Of a stretch of 64,000 nt of DNA, positions 47,615 through 58,036 are shown one piece after another. The notes below the pieces were generated by a model, which saw only the letters and a list, made by a program, of their open reading frames with translations, was not told the origin of the DNA and made no database searches. Position 1 is the first letter of the stretch, and every line of letters begins with the position of its first letter. The translations under genes and the position numbers were made by a program. The DNA is taken from assembly GCA_011523055.1 (NCBI GenBank), contig WTHQ01000019.1, positions 25,282-89,281 on the forward strand, written 5' to 3'. Origin of the DNA: Methanobacteriota archaeon (GTDB lineage: Archaea > Thermoplasmatota > Poseidoniia > Poseidoniales > Thalassarchaeaceae).

Positions 47615-48199
47615 ATGCCGCCTCAATCGATAGATGAACTCCGATCGACTGTGGCAGCTATGAAGGCCAAGGGTTTGAACTCTCAACAGATCGCTGATGA
47701 GCTATCGCTTTCCCAGACCACGATACAATGGCTTTCATCCAGCCAGGCCCCCGTTGAGGATCACCCCGTGGACATCAGAGTTGGTTGGAGATCGATTGCC
47801 GTGAAGGGTGAAAGGATAGAATCCGTCTCCGAAATTTTTGCGGATATAATGTTGGAGGAGGTTGGAACTGACGTGGATGCGATTGTGGGAATCTCGATTA
47901 ATGGAATTCCATTTGCAACCTGCATTGCGGCTGGCATGGACCTTGAGCTCAGCATAGCACGAACCATAAGCGAAGAAGAAGGAGGGCATTTGTCCGAGGT
48001 GTTTGCTGGAATCAAGGGGAAGAGAGTCGTTGTCATTGATGACGTGGTATCATCTGGAATGACCATGCGGAAGACGATCGAGCACCTGACAAACTCAGGT
48101 GCAGAGGTGATCTTGTGCCTTGTATTGGTAAACAAAACATGGATGGACGAGTTAGACGGAGTGCCATTGAGAGCACTAGTTAGGGCGGCAAGAATCTGA
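47615..48199 (+). CDS. PyrE-like (GfcR-type) protein: N-terminal HTH plus phosphoribosyltransferase domain
   Basis: GLNSQQIADELSLSQTTIQWL, DIRVGWRSI, VVVIDDVVSSGMT. Confidence 0.85.
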   Translation: MPPQSIDELRSTVAAMKAKGLNSQQIADELSLSQTTIQWLSSSQAPVEDHPVDIRVGWRSIAVKGERIESVSEIFADIMLEEVGTDVDAIVGISINGIPFATCIAAGMDLELSIARTISEEEGGHLSEVFAGIKGKRVVVIDDVVSSGMTMRKTIEHLTNSGAEVILCLVLVNKTWMDELDGVPLRALVRAARI

Positions 48200-48203
48200 G
48201 TGT

Positions 48204-49778
48204 GTGCACATGCATTGGGCGAACCATGCCGCGATTAGACTGTCCCAGAGGGAGGGCATACAGACAATCGCATCTGGGATCACTCCCTCGGGAAGTTTCC
48301 ACATCGGACACCTGAGGGAGATTCTCACTGCAGAGATGATCCACAGGTCGTGTATTGACATCGGCCTGCAATCAAGATACATCTTCATTGTCGACAGCAT
48401 GGACCCCCTCCGGAGAGTGTATCCATTCCTGAGCGAAGAATACCAGGATTTCATTGGGAAGCCCTTGGCCAACATACCTGCGCCGGGCCCCGAGGGAAGG
48501 CCTGATCCCACTTTGGGAAGTTATGCTGACCACTTCCTCAGGCCATTCCTGGTGGCTCTGAAAGCGATAGGAGTTTCACCAGAATTAGTCATGAGTCACG
48601 AAGTATATTCATCTGGAAAAATGGAAGGGAAGATAGACGAGGCAATATCGAAGCGCTCTGAAATCAGAGAGATAATTGAGTCTATTTCCGGCAGGGAACT
48701 CCACGAGGATTGGTTCCCATACAACCCCTTGGGGTCAGATGGTAGTTTCGATGGAGTCAAGGTGTTGGGCTACGAAAATCCCTACGTTCATTGGATAGAT
48801 GAAAAGGGAGTGGAAGGGAAAAGCGACATCCGCAAGGGACAGGGTAAAATGCCATGGAGAGTGGATTGGTCTGCCCGCTGGGGCCTTCACGGGATCACCT
48901 GCGAACCAGCAGGAAAGGATCATGGGGCAGCAGGGGGCTCTTACGACACAGGAATTCCAATATCAAGGACACTTGGCTACGAACCCCCTGAAAAAATGGT
49001 CTATGAATGGATCCAGATCAAGGGGGGCGGTCCGATGTCAAGCTCAAGTGGGAACACGATCGGCCCAATAGAAGCTCTCGAGATTGTTCCCCCTGAGATT
49101 ATTCGCTTCCTGATCGCGAGAACGAAGATGGGGAAACACATCGACTTTGATACAGGGAACATGCTCTTCGAAATAGCAGATGAGTACGAAAGGCTTTCAT
49201 CAAGCCCGCCGGTAGTTGATGTGAGTGCTCCTAGGAGGAAGCAGGTCGCGGCACAAACGGCGTTAGGAGCTCTAAAGTTGAGTCAAATAAAACCCGGGGA
49301 AGATCCAGGTTCTGATCAAGTCCCCCTCAGGCATCTTGCTATGCTCGCCCAGGTTAGATCAGGGGATCAAGAAGTTTGGTCGTCCTTAGTTAGGTCAGGC
49401 CACATTGAAGGTCTCCCCAGTGAGTCTTTGAAGACCCGGCTGAGAAAAATGAGGGATTGGATTGCTAGTGACCATTTTCCTGATGAGCATAGAATTCATA
49501 TTTCGACAAAAATACCTGATGCGATCCTGACGGACTTATCTTCCTCTCAGAAGGACTTCCTCCTCTCCCTATCCGTCTCTCTGGAAGCATGTGAATGGTC
49601 AGAGCCCGAGATAAATTCAGCTCTCCTCAGAACCATGGACGACAGCGAACTATCGAGAAAGGAGTGCTACTCGTTAGTCTACAAGGCACTAATTGGGCGT
49701 GATCGAGGGCCCAAAGTCTCCACTTTGATCACTGAATGCGACAGGAGCATTATGGTAAATCTGCTGAATTCCATCTAG
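48204..49778 (+). CDS. lysS: lysine--tRNA ligase, class I
   Basis: HWA, SGITPSGSFHIGHLRE, DSMDPLR, KMPWRVDW, EPAGKDH, MSSSSG, GPK. Confidence 0.96.
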   Translation: MHMHWANHAAIRLSQREGIQTIASGITPSGSFHIGHLREILTAEMIHRSCIDIGLQSRYIFIVDSMDPLRRVYPFLSEEYQDFIGKPLANIPAPGPEGRPDPTLGSYADHFLRPFLVALKAIGVSPELVMSHEVYSSGKMEGKIDEAISKRSEIREIIESISGRELHEDWFPYNPLGSDGSFDGVKVLGYENPYVHWIDEKGVEGKSDIRKGQGKMPWRVDWSARWGLHGITCEPAGKDHGAAGGSYDTGIPISRTLGYEPPEKMVYEWIQIKGGGPMSSSSGNTIGPIEALEIVPPEIIRFLIARTKMGKHIDFDTGNMLFEIADEYERLSSSPPVVDVSAPRRKQVAAQTALGALKLSQIKPGEDPGSDQVPLRHLAMLAQVRSGDQEVWSSLVRSGHIEGLPSESLKTRLRKMRDWIASDHFPDEHRIHISTKIPDAILTDLSSSQKDFLLSLSVSLEACEWSEPEINSALLRTMDDSELSRKECYSLVYKALIGRDRGPKVSTLITECDRSIMVNLLNSI

Positions 49779-52700
49779 ATGGTGCCTATCGTCAAACTCC
49801 TGGGCTCAGGTAAACCCTTGGCCATCTCAGAAATAGCGAGTACTTCCATTGTGGCGCCAGACAGGGTAGTGACGAATGGTATGTTCAACTCAACTGCCAG
49901 CCTTCTCATCATGTTTCCATCCAAGACCGCGCCGCCGGAATTTGTTGGTGTATTGATGATCAACTGGATCCTCCCCTCCCTCATGAGGTCCAATGCATCG
50001 GGAGACCCTTGTTCAGTTATCCGGAAGGCGTTGTTCACCTCCAGACCGCCTATCTCCCTTAGTGCCGCAGCCGTTCCACGAGTCGCATAGAGTTCGAATC
50101 CCAATTCTTTGAGGGATTTGGCGAGGGGGATTATTGAGTCTTTGTCGGCATCCTTCACTGTGAGGTATACGCCACCTTGGGTTGGAACGGGAATTTCGGT
50201 AGCCATCCTGGCTTTCAGATAAGCTGCGGCAGCGTTCTCGTGGGACCCCATGACCTCTCCTGTGGATTTCATCTCTGGCCCGGGAGCTGGGTCCAACCCA
50301 CGCAGTTTGATGAAGGGGAATACTGGGGCCTTGACTGCGACGGCGTCTTCTTGCCTCTCCGGAATATCCAGATCGGACAGCCTATCTCCCATCGTCAGTC
50401 GTGCTGCTATCCTCGCAAGTGGTATGCCGGTTGATTTTGCAACGAATGGGAAGGTCCTGGACCCCCGAGGATTCACCTCTAGGACATACAGGAGATCCCC
50501 CTTGATTGCGTATTGGATGTTGAAGCAACCGATTACACCTAGCTCTAGTCCGATTATTCGCGTCCATTCTTCGACGATGGAGAGGATTCTATCCGGGACG
50601 TTTTGGGTCGGGATGAAGCATGTAGAGTCGCCTGAGTGAATTCCAGCTTCCTCAAGATGTTCCATGACAGCGCCGATCAGGACCTCTTTGCCATCACATA
50701 CAGCATCCACGTCAAGTTCGATGGCGTTGCCGAGGTATTCATCTACTAGCAAGGGTTTCTCCGGTGCTACGTAGGCCTCGTTCATGTATGCCTCTAGCTG
50801 AATATCATCTGTCAGGACCTCCATGCCTCTACCTCCTAGGACATATGATGGTCGGATCAGGACTGGGTACCCTATGGTCTGGGCAGCAGCTCGAACTGCT
50901 TGGGGGTCGATGGCTGTAGCCCCTCGTGGCATCCTGAGATTGTACCTCCGAGCAAAATCCTCGAACCTATGCCTGTCACTTGCCTCGTCAACGGAATCTG
51001 GTGAAGTTCCAGCCATTTTCAGTGATATTCCCATCTTCTCAAGGTGGTCAAGTTGGCCTTCGATCGGCAGCGCGAGATTGATGGCGGTTTGGCCGCCGAA
51101 TTGAAGGAGGATGCCATCAGCTTGCTCACGTAGCAATATTTCCAAGACAGATTCTAGCGTTAGTGGGTCGAAGTAGAGTCTATCGCTCGTGTCAAAATCA
51201 GTGGAGACGGTCTCTGGGTTGTTGTTGATGATGATGGCCTCGTGCCCCATGTCCCGAATTGCTCCAACAGCATGGACGCACCCATAATCGAACTCTATGC
51301 CTTGGCCTATCCTAATTGGTCCTGAGCCAATGACGACGATGCGTTCGACCCCCTCCTTAGGCTTTTGAGGCGTAACATCAACCCCCTCACGGGCATCCCC
51401 TCCCTCATACGTCGAGTAATAGTAAGGGGTAACTGCGGCGAACTCGGCCGCACAGGAGTCGACCATTCTGAAGACTGGATGGATCCCCAGCGAGTGTCTG
51501 TGCCTCGTCATCAACTCCGTGGTTTGATTTTCTCCTTCTATTGAGAAGCCATTCATAGCATCGGATATGTGGGCATCGGAGAATCCATATCCTTTCCACC
51601 TCCTGATTCTACCTTCATCTAGATCTGCAACCTTGTTATTTTCGCCATAGTCTAGAATTTCCCCTTCAATGGTGGCCATGATCTGGAACCTATGCAAGAA
51701 CCATCGCGTGACGCCTCCTGTCAACTCCCTGACCTTCTCGATGCCCCACCCTCTCCTGAATGCCTCGAACAAGGCCCCCATTCTCCTATCAGATGGGATT
51801 GTCAGCCATTCCTCCAAAGTCTCGTCACTGAGGGGGGTGGTGGATCGCTCATCATTGGTCTCGCCCCCCGACGCATCGGCCATGGTCAGAGGCCTGGGGT
51901 GGGGTGATCCGTATTCTAGGCTGGACCAAGCCTTGAGGAATGCCTCCTCGAAGCGCCTACCGATTGCCATCACCTCCCCAGTTGATTTCATCGAGGTTCC
52001 AATCGTTCTGTCTGCAGTCCTGAATTTGTCGAATGGCCACCTTGGGATTTTGACCACGCAATAGTCCAGGGTGGGTTCGAATGCGGCGGTCGTCCCTTCG
52101 CCAGTTATTGGGTTTGGGAGTTCATCCAAGGTGTATCCGACTGCAATAAGAGCGGCCATTCTCGCTATTGGGTATCCTGTGGCCTTGGATGCCAGAGCCG
52201 ACGATCGACTTACCCGAGGATTGACTTCGATGACCCTGTAATCACCAGTCGATTGCTCGACTGCAAATTGAACATTGCATCCGCCTTTGATGTTCAGCCT
52301 TCGGATCAGTCTCAGTGCGGCATCCCTGAGTATTTGATGATCCTTGTCAGACAAGGTCTGTTGTGGGGCTACTACAACGGATTCACCAGTATGTACGCCC
52401 ATTGGGTCTAGATTCTCCATGGTGCAGACAATGATAGCGTTGTCTGAGGAGTCCCTCATTACCTCATACTCGTGCTCCTGCCATCCGAGTATGCTCTCCT
52501 CGATTAGCACTTGACCTATGGATGAGTGCAATATGCCCTGTTGGGCGATCTCCACCAACTCGCCTGTGTTGAATGCAGTGCCGCCTCCGAGCCCTCCCAA
52601 TGTGAATGCTGGTCTGATCAGGAGAGGGTATGCGCCCAAGTCCTCGGCTGCTTCAAGGACCTCTTCGACAGAGCTGCAGGCGATTGCCCTGCAAACGGGC

Positions 52701-53122
52701 AGTCCGATCTCCTCACAGACTTTCTTGAAGCGATCCCTGTCCTCAGCATCGTCTATCGCATCAAGGTCACAGCCGATTAGTTCGACTCCCAGCCTGGCCA
52801 ACGTCCCATCATGGGCGAGTGCCGTGGCAATGTTCAGGGCAGTCTGGCCGCCCATGCCCGCCAGCAATGCGTCAGGAGACTCGATCTCCAATATCCTAGT
52901 GACAACCTCGGGCAATAACGGCTCGATGTAGATCTTGTCAGCCATCTCAGGATCATTCTGAATGGTTGCGGGATTGGAGTTGATCAGAATCACCTCATAA
53001 CCATCATCCCTGAGTGCCCTACACGCTTGGGACCCCGAAAAGTCGAACTCGGCAGCCTGCCCAATTCTTATCGGGCCAGACCCAAGGATGACGATACGTT
53101 GCAAGTCGTTCCTTCGTGGCAT
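49775..53122 (-). CDS. carB: carbamoyl-phosphate synthase large subunit
   Basis: MPRRND, GSGPIRIGQAAEFDFSG, duplicated ATP-grasp halves, EVNPRVSRSSALASKATG, C-terminal MGS domain. Confidence 0.98.
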   Translation of the reverse strand: MPRRNDLQRIVILGSGPIRIGQAAEFDFSGSQACRALRDDGYEVILINSNPATIQNDPEMADKIYIEPLLPEVVTRILEIESPDALLAGMGGQTALNIATALAHDGTLARLGVELIGCDLDAIDDAEDRDRFKKVCEEIGLPVCRAIACSSVEEVLEAAEDLGAYPLLIRPAFTLGGLGGGTAFNTGELVEIAQQGILHSSIGQVLIEESILGWQEHEYEVMRDSSDNAIIVCTMENLDPMGVHTGESVVVAPQQTLSDKDHQILRDAALRLIRRLNIKGGCNVQFAVEQSTGDYRVIEVNPRVSRSSALASKATGYPIARMAALIAVGYTLDELPNPITGEGTTAAFEPTLDYCVVKIPRWPFDKFRTADRTIGTSMKSTGEVMAIGRRFEEAFLKAWSSLEYGSPHPRPLTMADASGGETNDERSTTPLSDETLEEWLTIPSDRRMGALFEAFRRGWGIEKVRELTGGVTRWFLHRFQIMATIEGEILDYGENNKVADLDEGRIRRWKGYGFSDAHISDAMNGFSIEGENQTTELMTRHRHSLGIHPVFRMVDSCAAEFAAVTPYYYSTYEGGDAREGVDVTPQKPKEGVERIVVIGSGPIRIGQGIEFDYGCVHAVGAIRDMGHEAIIINNNPETVSTDFDTSDRLYFDPLTLESVLEILLREQADGILLQFGGQTAINLALPIEGQLDHLEKMGISLKMAGTSPDSVDEASDRHRFEDFARRYNLRMPRGATAIDPQAVRAAAQTIGYPVLIRPSYVLGGRGMEVLTDDIQLEAYMNEAYVAPEKPLLVDEYLGNAIELDVDAVCDGKEVLIGAVMEHLEEAGIHSGDSTCFIPTQNVPDRILSIVEEWTRIIGLELGVIGCFNIQYAIKGDLLYVLEVNPRGSRTFPFVAKSTGIPLARIAARLTMGDRLSDLDIPERQEDAVAVKAPVFPFIKLRGLDPAPGPEMKSTGEVMGSHENAAAAYLKARMATEIPVPTQGGVYLTVKDADKDSIIPLAKSLKELGFELYATRGTAAALREIGGLEVNNAFRITEQGSPDALDLMREGRIQLIINTPTNSGGAVLDGNMMRRLAVELNIPFVTTLSGATMEVLAISEMAKGLPEPRSLTIGTI

Positions 53123-54444
53123 TATGCTCTGCTCCTTACGCCTTGGGCTGATTTCAAGTGAGTTGCGACCATTGACTCGAATCGATCGAAGAGGAGTGAT
53201 GCGTCATGGGGTCCGGGGCAAGCTTCGGGATGGAATTGAATTGTGAAACAAGGCTTGTCCAAGAGATCCAGTCCCTCGACAGTCCCGTCGTTTGCGTTAA
53301 CATACCTGACTTGGAATTCTGACTCCAGTGTATTTCCGCAGGAGTCGGAGAGGGCCCCAGAGGGATGTGGAGCCAACATCCCCCTAGATGGGTCCTCGAC
53401 AGCAAACCCATGGTTCTGGCTAGTGATGTGGACCTTGTTGGATTGCAGATCTAGAACTGGCTGATTCGCACCCCTGTGTCCATATCTCAACTTGTATGTT
53501 CTCAAGCCGGCGGCAAGTCCCATGAGCTGATGTCCAAGGCAGATTCCCATGACTGGAAATTCCTTTCTTACCGCTTCAGCCAAACATTCCTTCACCCTGC
53601 TAGCTGCGCCAGGATGGGCTGGATCCCCTGGGCCGTTTGAAGCGAAAAACGCGACGGGGCTCCAGGCCTCGATGATTTCATCGAAAGACATGTCTGCTGG
53701 GCACCAGACGACTTCGAACCTCCTGCTTAGCTCTCTGAGAATGTTGAACTTGATTCCACAGTCAAGAACTGCTAGTCGTGGCAACGGCAGGCCTTCGTTA
53801 GAAGTAGCCCCCTGATTTAGGATCACGGGCGATGGTATTGTTACCTCGGCTACCAAATCACACTCGTCAGGTGGGCGCATTGATTTGAGTGTGTTTGCCA
53901 TATCTTGCTCCATTGCCAACGGCCCAAATATTGCAAGCATCGTACCATGCTCCCTCACTATTCTGGTCAGCGAACGGGTGTCTACGTCGCAAATTCCAGG
54001 AGTGCCATGGATTGCTAGAAAGTCATGCACACTTCCGATCGAGTCCCGATGGTCTGGTTGGAGCATCAGTTCCCTGCATACAATCCCCCTTGGGTGTATT
54101 CCAGAGGACTCACTCAGCCCTTGGTGAATCCCATAATTTCCTAAGAGGGGCCATGTGAATGTGAGGATCTGCCCATTAAACGAAGGATCGGTCATACTCT
54201 CCTGATAACCGCACATTCCCGTTGTGAATACCAACTCACCCATACCGATTCCACATGATCCGAATAGCCTACCTTCAAGCCTAGTTCCGTCTGCGAGTAG
54301 TAGTAGGCCTTCTGGCCCGGTAAATTCGGGTACCTGGGAGGACTCGAGTAAAATATCAGCCGCATCTTCAAAATTTGGTGGATCAGTTACTCCTTGTTGC
54401 CCGACCCCGGGGCTGAAAGTGCCACGGTTCGGAGCCTTTGACAT
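53122..54444 (-). CDS. carA: carbamoyl-phosphate synthase small subunit
   Basis: GELVFTTGMCGYQESMTDPS, SNGPGDP, GICLGHQ, SQNHGF, QFHPEACPGPHD. Confidence 0.97.
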   Translation of the reverse strand: MSKAPNRGTFSPGVGQQGVTDPPNFEDAADILLESSQVPEFTGPEGLLLLADGTRLEGRLFGSCGIGMGELVFTTGMCGYQESMTDPSFNGQILTFTWPLLGNYGIHQGLSESSGIHPRGIVCRELMLQPDHRDSIGSVHDFLAIHGTPGICDVDTRSLTRIVREHGTMLAIFGPLAMEQDMANTLKSMRPPDECDLVAEVTIPSPVILNQGATSNEGLPLPRLAVLDCGIKFNILRELSRRFEVVWCPADMSFDEIIEAWSPVAFFASNGPGDPAHPGAASRVKECLAEAVRKEFPVMGICLGHQLMGLAAGLRTYKLRYGHRGANQPVLDLQSNKVHITSQNHGFAVEDPSRGMLAPHPSGALSDSCGNTLESEFQVRYVNANDGTVEGLDLLDKPCFTIQFHPEACPGPHDASLLFDRFESMVATHLKSAQGVRSRA

Positions 54445-54477
54445 CAGTTATGTTGGCATAATGCGATTCTTATACAT

Positions 54478-55050
54478 TCACAAAGGTTCCTTCTTTCTGT
54501 CGAATATCGACTTCCCACTTTTCGAGGGCAAAACCTTGATTTCTGGATTGGAAAACCTACTTTCCAAGGCTACGGACTTGAACCACTCTGACATTGTGAT
54601 GGCTAGGGCGGCTACCTCAGAATGTGGTTGGTTGCCAACTGATACGTTGTAATCGGCGATCCCAAACAACTCACCTGGCACCTTTGCCCCTCCTACGACC
54701 AACGCGACAGGGCGATCGCGCCTTACCTTCGGCAGTGCCTCTAGGTGGCTTTCACCATACATCGTAAGGTGAATCACAGTTCCAGCAGGACAGTCTTCAC
54801 CTCCTTGTTTGAATTTTTTGAGATACCCCATTGGATTTGTACCAAAGCGGGCATTGAATTTGCCTCCGAATCTCCCGGAGACCTCTGTCAATGTTTGGAC
54901 GATGCTCGGATCGTGATCTCCAAAGATTACCATTCCATCGGCACCCAGGGCTCTGGCGGTGAGGCCCAAGTGGGAGGTCATCCTCTTGTCACGATCGACT
55001 CGGTGTCCAAGTCGGATTACATCAAAAGTTGGTAGCCAGTCCATGTCCAC
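54478..55050 (-). CDS. tRNA (cytidine(56)-2'-O)-methyltransferase aTrm56
   Basis: RLGHRVDRDKRMTSHLGLTARALGA, HLTMYG, VGGAKVP, NVSVGNQPHSEVAALA. Confidence 0.95.
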   Translation of the reverse strand: MDMDWLPTFDVIRLGHRVDRDKRMTSHLGLTARALGADGMVIFGDHDPSIVQTLTEVSGRFGGKFNARFGTNPMGYLKKFKQGGEDCPAGTVIHLTMYGESHLEALPKVRRDRPVALVVGGAKVPGELFGIADYNVSVGNQPHSEVAALAITMSEWFKSVALESRFSNPEIKVLPSKSGKSIFDRKKEPL

Positions 55051-55053
55051 GGC

Positions 55054-55677
55054 TCATGGAAACGGTGTTTGCTCATCATCCTCACCCTCGTTATACTCCT
55101 TAGCTACCTCAAAAACGTCAAACGGGAGATAATGGTGTTGCCCTAGGACCCATGAGAGGAGTATTGCACTGATACCACTCATGACAGCTAGGTATGTCAA
55201 AAGTGAAAGAACAGCGAGTCGTGTAGTCGCAGCAAGTGCGATGGTTACCTCGTCGATGGAACCCACCAATAGGAGCCCTATTGGTTCAATTATCAGGTAA
55301 GCGACGAGAAGGGCTGTTCCACCACCAAAAAGGAGGGCCCACGGAGTGCCTCTATAGCTCCCAAAAACGAAGACTACGGTAGATAGGAGGACTAAAATCG
55401 GAACAACGATGCTGGCTGTTTGAAATTCCAGGCCGAGCAGCGAGCTCGGTATGTCTGAGTCTCCGAGTTGAGCCCCTCCCTTCGCGACTGTTATCCACCA
55501 GACCAAGGCGGCAGCCATAGCATAGGCACCCGAGAGAAGTCCAGCGTTGGTCATTAGACTTCTCATATGGTGGGAATCAGTCGGATTATGCCTTAGGACG
55601 ATGGACTGCATCAATTCTGCAGTCTCTGGTGGTATAGGGTCTTCATTACGGTCTTCTGACCCCCCCTCCTCTATCAT
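55054..55677 (-). CDS. hypothetical membrane protein
   Basis: 207 aa with about four TM helices. Confidence 0.7.
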   Translation of the reverse strand: MIEEGGSEDRNEDPIPPETAELMQSIVLRHNPTDSHHMRSLMTNAGLLSGAYAMAAALVWWITVAKGGAQLGDSDIPSSLLGLEFQTASIVVPILVLLSTVVFVFGSYRGTPWALLFGGGTALLVAYLIIEPIGLLLVGSIDEVTIALAATTRLAVLSLLTYLAVMSGISAILLSWVLGQHHYLPFDVFEVAKEYNEGEDDEQTPFP

Positions 55678-55715
55678 CGTGCACCATCCAATTCCATTAC
55701 ATCATAAAGCCAACG

Positions 55716-56582
55716 TTGTTTCCGACGTCCGTGAGCGCAGACTTGGGGGGTCCTGGGTTCCACGGGACGGGCTCTGGACCAGCACTGATGGGAGTCGTAA
55801 ACGTAACTCCTGACTCATTTTATTCCAGGTCAAGGGTATCGGGGGTCGAAGAAGGCATAATTCGTTCCTTAGAGATGATTGAACAGGGCGCTTCGATAAT
55901 TGACATAGGGGGGGAGTCTACTCGGCCCGGTTCTAAACCAGTGTCAACAGACGAGGAGGTTTCAAGAGTGATTCCTGTGATAGAAGGTGTATTGGAAGCC
56001 TATCCAGAAGCGATTATTTCGGTGGATACCAGCAAGCCATCAGTTGCCAAACGAGCCATCTCCTCAGGGTGTAGGATGGTGAATGATGTAACTGGCGCGA
56101 TCGACCATGAGATGATCGATCTTGTTGCCTCGACCGACTCATGGATTTGCGTGATGCACATGAAAGGTGTACCTAGCGACATGCAAAATGACCCCAAGTA
56201 TGGAGATGTCGTATCAGAGGTCAGGAGTTTTCTGGGCACAAGGGTTTCTTCGTTGTTGGACGCAGGGGTAGAAAGAAACAAGATTCTGGTAGACCCCGGA
56301 ATAGGGTTCGGCAAGACTCTGGCACACAATTTGGAGCTATTGAAGAGCGGTCGTGACATAATTCCGGAAGAGGGTGTCGGCATTCTATGGGGAGTCAGTA
56401 GGAAGAGATTATTCGCTGACTTGCTTGGCAGAAATGACGTTGATGAGCGCTTGCCCGGCACATTAGGAGTAGCGGCCGCGGGGTACTTGGCTGAGATTGA
56501 TGTTCTCAGAGTTCATGACGTAATGGCCCATTCTGACTTGATTCGATCTTTGCACTCAAGTATTCATGGAAGTGAGGTCTGA
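55716..56582 (+). CDS. folP: dihydropteroate synthase
   Basis: MGVVNVTPDSF, IDIGGESTRPG, ISVDT, NDV, MHMKG, DPGIGFGK, SRK, LRVHDV. Start uncertain. Confidence 0.95.
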   Translation: MFPTSVSADLGGPGFHGTGSGPALMGVVNVTPDSFYSRSRVSGVEEGIIRSLEMIEQGASIIDIGGESTRPGSKPVSTDEEVSRVIPVIEGVLEAYPEAIISVDTSKPSVAKRAISSGCRMVNDVTGAIDHEMIDLVASTDSWICVMHMKGVPSDMQNDPKYGDVVSEVRSFLGTRVSSLLDAGVERNKILVDPGIGFGKTLAHNLELLKSGRDIIPEEGVGILWGVSRKRLFADLLGRNDVDERLPGTLGVAAAGYLAEIDVLRVHDVMAHSDLIRSLHSSIHGSEV

Positions 56583-57745
56583 TGAGCAGCCCGATACTAG
56601 ACCTTAGCCCGGAAATCAGAGTCGTGGGAACAGCACACGTAAGTAAAAAATCAATACAGTTGGTTGAGGAGCAAATCTCGGAATTCAAACCGGATGTAGT
56701 CGCAGTAGAGCTCTGTAGCTCAAGATTATCCTCATTGAAAAATCCAACTGCTTTGGATGATGAGGATCTGTTGTCTATAATTAAGGACGGGAGGTCAGGG
56801 ATGATATTGCTCCAATCTGCCCTCGCCGGTCAGCAGAGAAGAATGGGCATCGACCATGGAGAGAAACCAGGAGCCGAGTTGCTTGCAGCTATCGATATTG
56901 CCCAAGAGGATGCTATCCCTGTCGAGTTGATAGACAGGGACATTGTAACGACGCTCAAAAGGTCTTGGAAAAAAATGGGCATCCTAGAGAAATTCAGAGT
57001 TCTGAACGCACTACTGTGGGAGAATGATTCAGAAGATCCCGAGGATGTAGAAGCCCTCTTGGAAGACTCGGACATGCTTACCAGAGTCCTAGAAGAGGCG
57101 CGAGTCGTCGCACCCAATGCAGGCTCCGTGTTAATCGATGAGCGAGACAGATATATGGCGAACAAAATCAACATGCTATCCAATCGGGGACGGATATTGG
57201 CAGTGGTCGGAGCAGGTCATCTCAAAGGAATAGAGAGGGAATGGGAGACAACACGGGAAAAGGACTCTGAACAGGTAATTTCAGACCTTGAAAGAATCCC
57301 GAAACCAGCAAGATGGCCAAAATTGGTCGTAGGACTGATTCCTGCCATGCTTATAGGCATTTTAGGATGGATGTGGTATAATGGAGATCTTTCGGGTATC
57401 GAGGACACACTAGGGTATTGGATGGTTGCCAATGCTGCATTGGCTGGACTGGGGGTTGCTGTAGCAGGTGGGCATCCGGCCTCAATCATGGTTGGGGCCA
57501 TCGTTTCTCCATTTACGTCATTAAATCCTGCATTAGCAGCCGGTTGGTTTGCTGGTTACACCCAATACAAACTGCAAGGACCGACGGGGTTGGATGCGAG
57601 GGAGTTCCTATTGGTAGAGGACATCAAAAGCCTGTGGAAGAACCGTGTAGGTAGGATCCTCCTTGTCACTGCCTTTGGAAACCTCGGCTCCTCGTTGGGC
57701 GCTTGGTTGGCAGGTGCCGCGATACTGGGATCCGTGTTGGGCTAG
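56582..57745 (+). CDS. TraB/GumN family protein with C-terminal TM region
   Basis: VGTAHVS, PDVVAVELC, PGAE, IDRDI, LIDERD, VVGAGH, NPALAAGW. Confidence 0.9.
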   Translation: MSSPILDLSPEIRVVGTAHVSKKSIQLVEEQISEFKPDVVAVELCSSRLSSLKNPTALDDEDLLSIIKDGRSGMILLQSALAGQQRRMGIDHGEKPGAELLAAIDIAQEDAIPVELIDRDIVTTLKRSWKKMGILEKFRVLNALLWENDSEDPEDVEALLEDSDMLTRVLEEARVVAPNAGSVLIDERDRYMANKINMLSNRGRILAVVGAGHLKGIEREWETTREKDSEQVISDLERIPKPARWPKLVVGLIPAMLIGILGWMWYNGDLSGIEDTLGYWMVANAALAGLGVAVAGGHPASIMVGAIVSPFTSLNPALAAGWFAGYTQYKLQGPTGLDAREFLLVEDIKSLWKNRVGRILLVTAFGNLGSSLGAWLAGAAILGSVLG

Positions 57746-57999
57746 CCCGAGGGATTGTGAGTCATTCCCCAATCAAGGCGTGCCCAACTCCTCTCATGGA
57801 TGTAATACAAGAGCATCTTCGTCACTATCTCAAGACTAGCCACTGTTGCAGCCAATGAGGTTGCCTCTCCCCCTGAAATTCCCATATCGGCACCAATCCA
57901 CCTCGCAGCGAAGAACGTTAGTATGAACGTGTCAGTAGTGGCGATTAGCCTCCATGTCATCGTTTTCACAAAGCTTCGAGAGGGTTTGGCTTGGTCCAT
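57742..57999 (-). CDS. DUF2061 family small membrane protein
   Basis: RSFVKTMTWRLIAT...KMLLYYIHERSW..LDWG. Confidence 0.85.
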   Translation of the reverse strand: MDQAKPSRSFVKTMTWRLIATTDTFILTFFAARWIGADMGISGGEATSLAATVASLEIVTKMLLYYIHERSWARLDWGMTHNPSG

Positions 58000-58036
58000 G
58001 TTGGCTCACCAGGCCATTTGGATTTCTCTATTTCGG

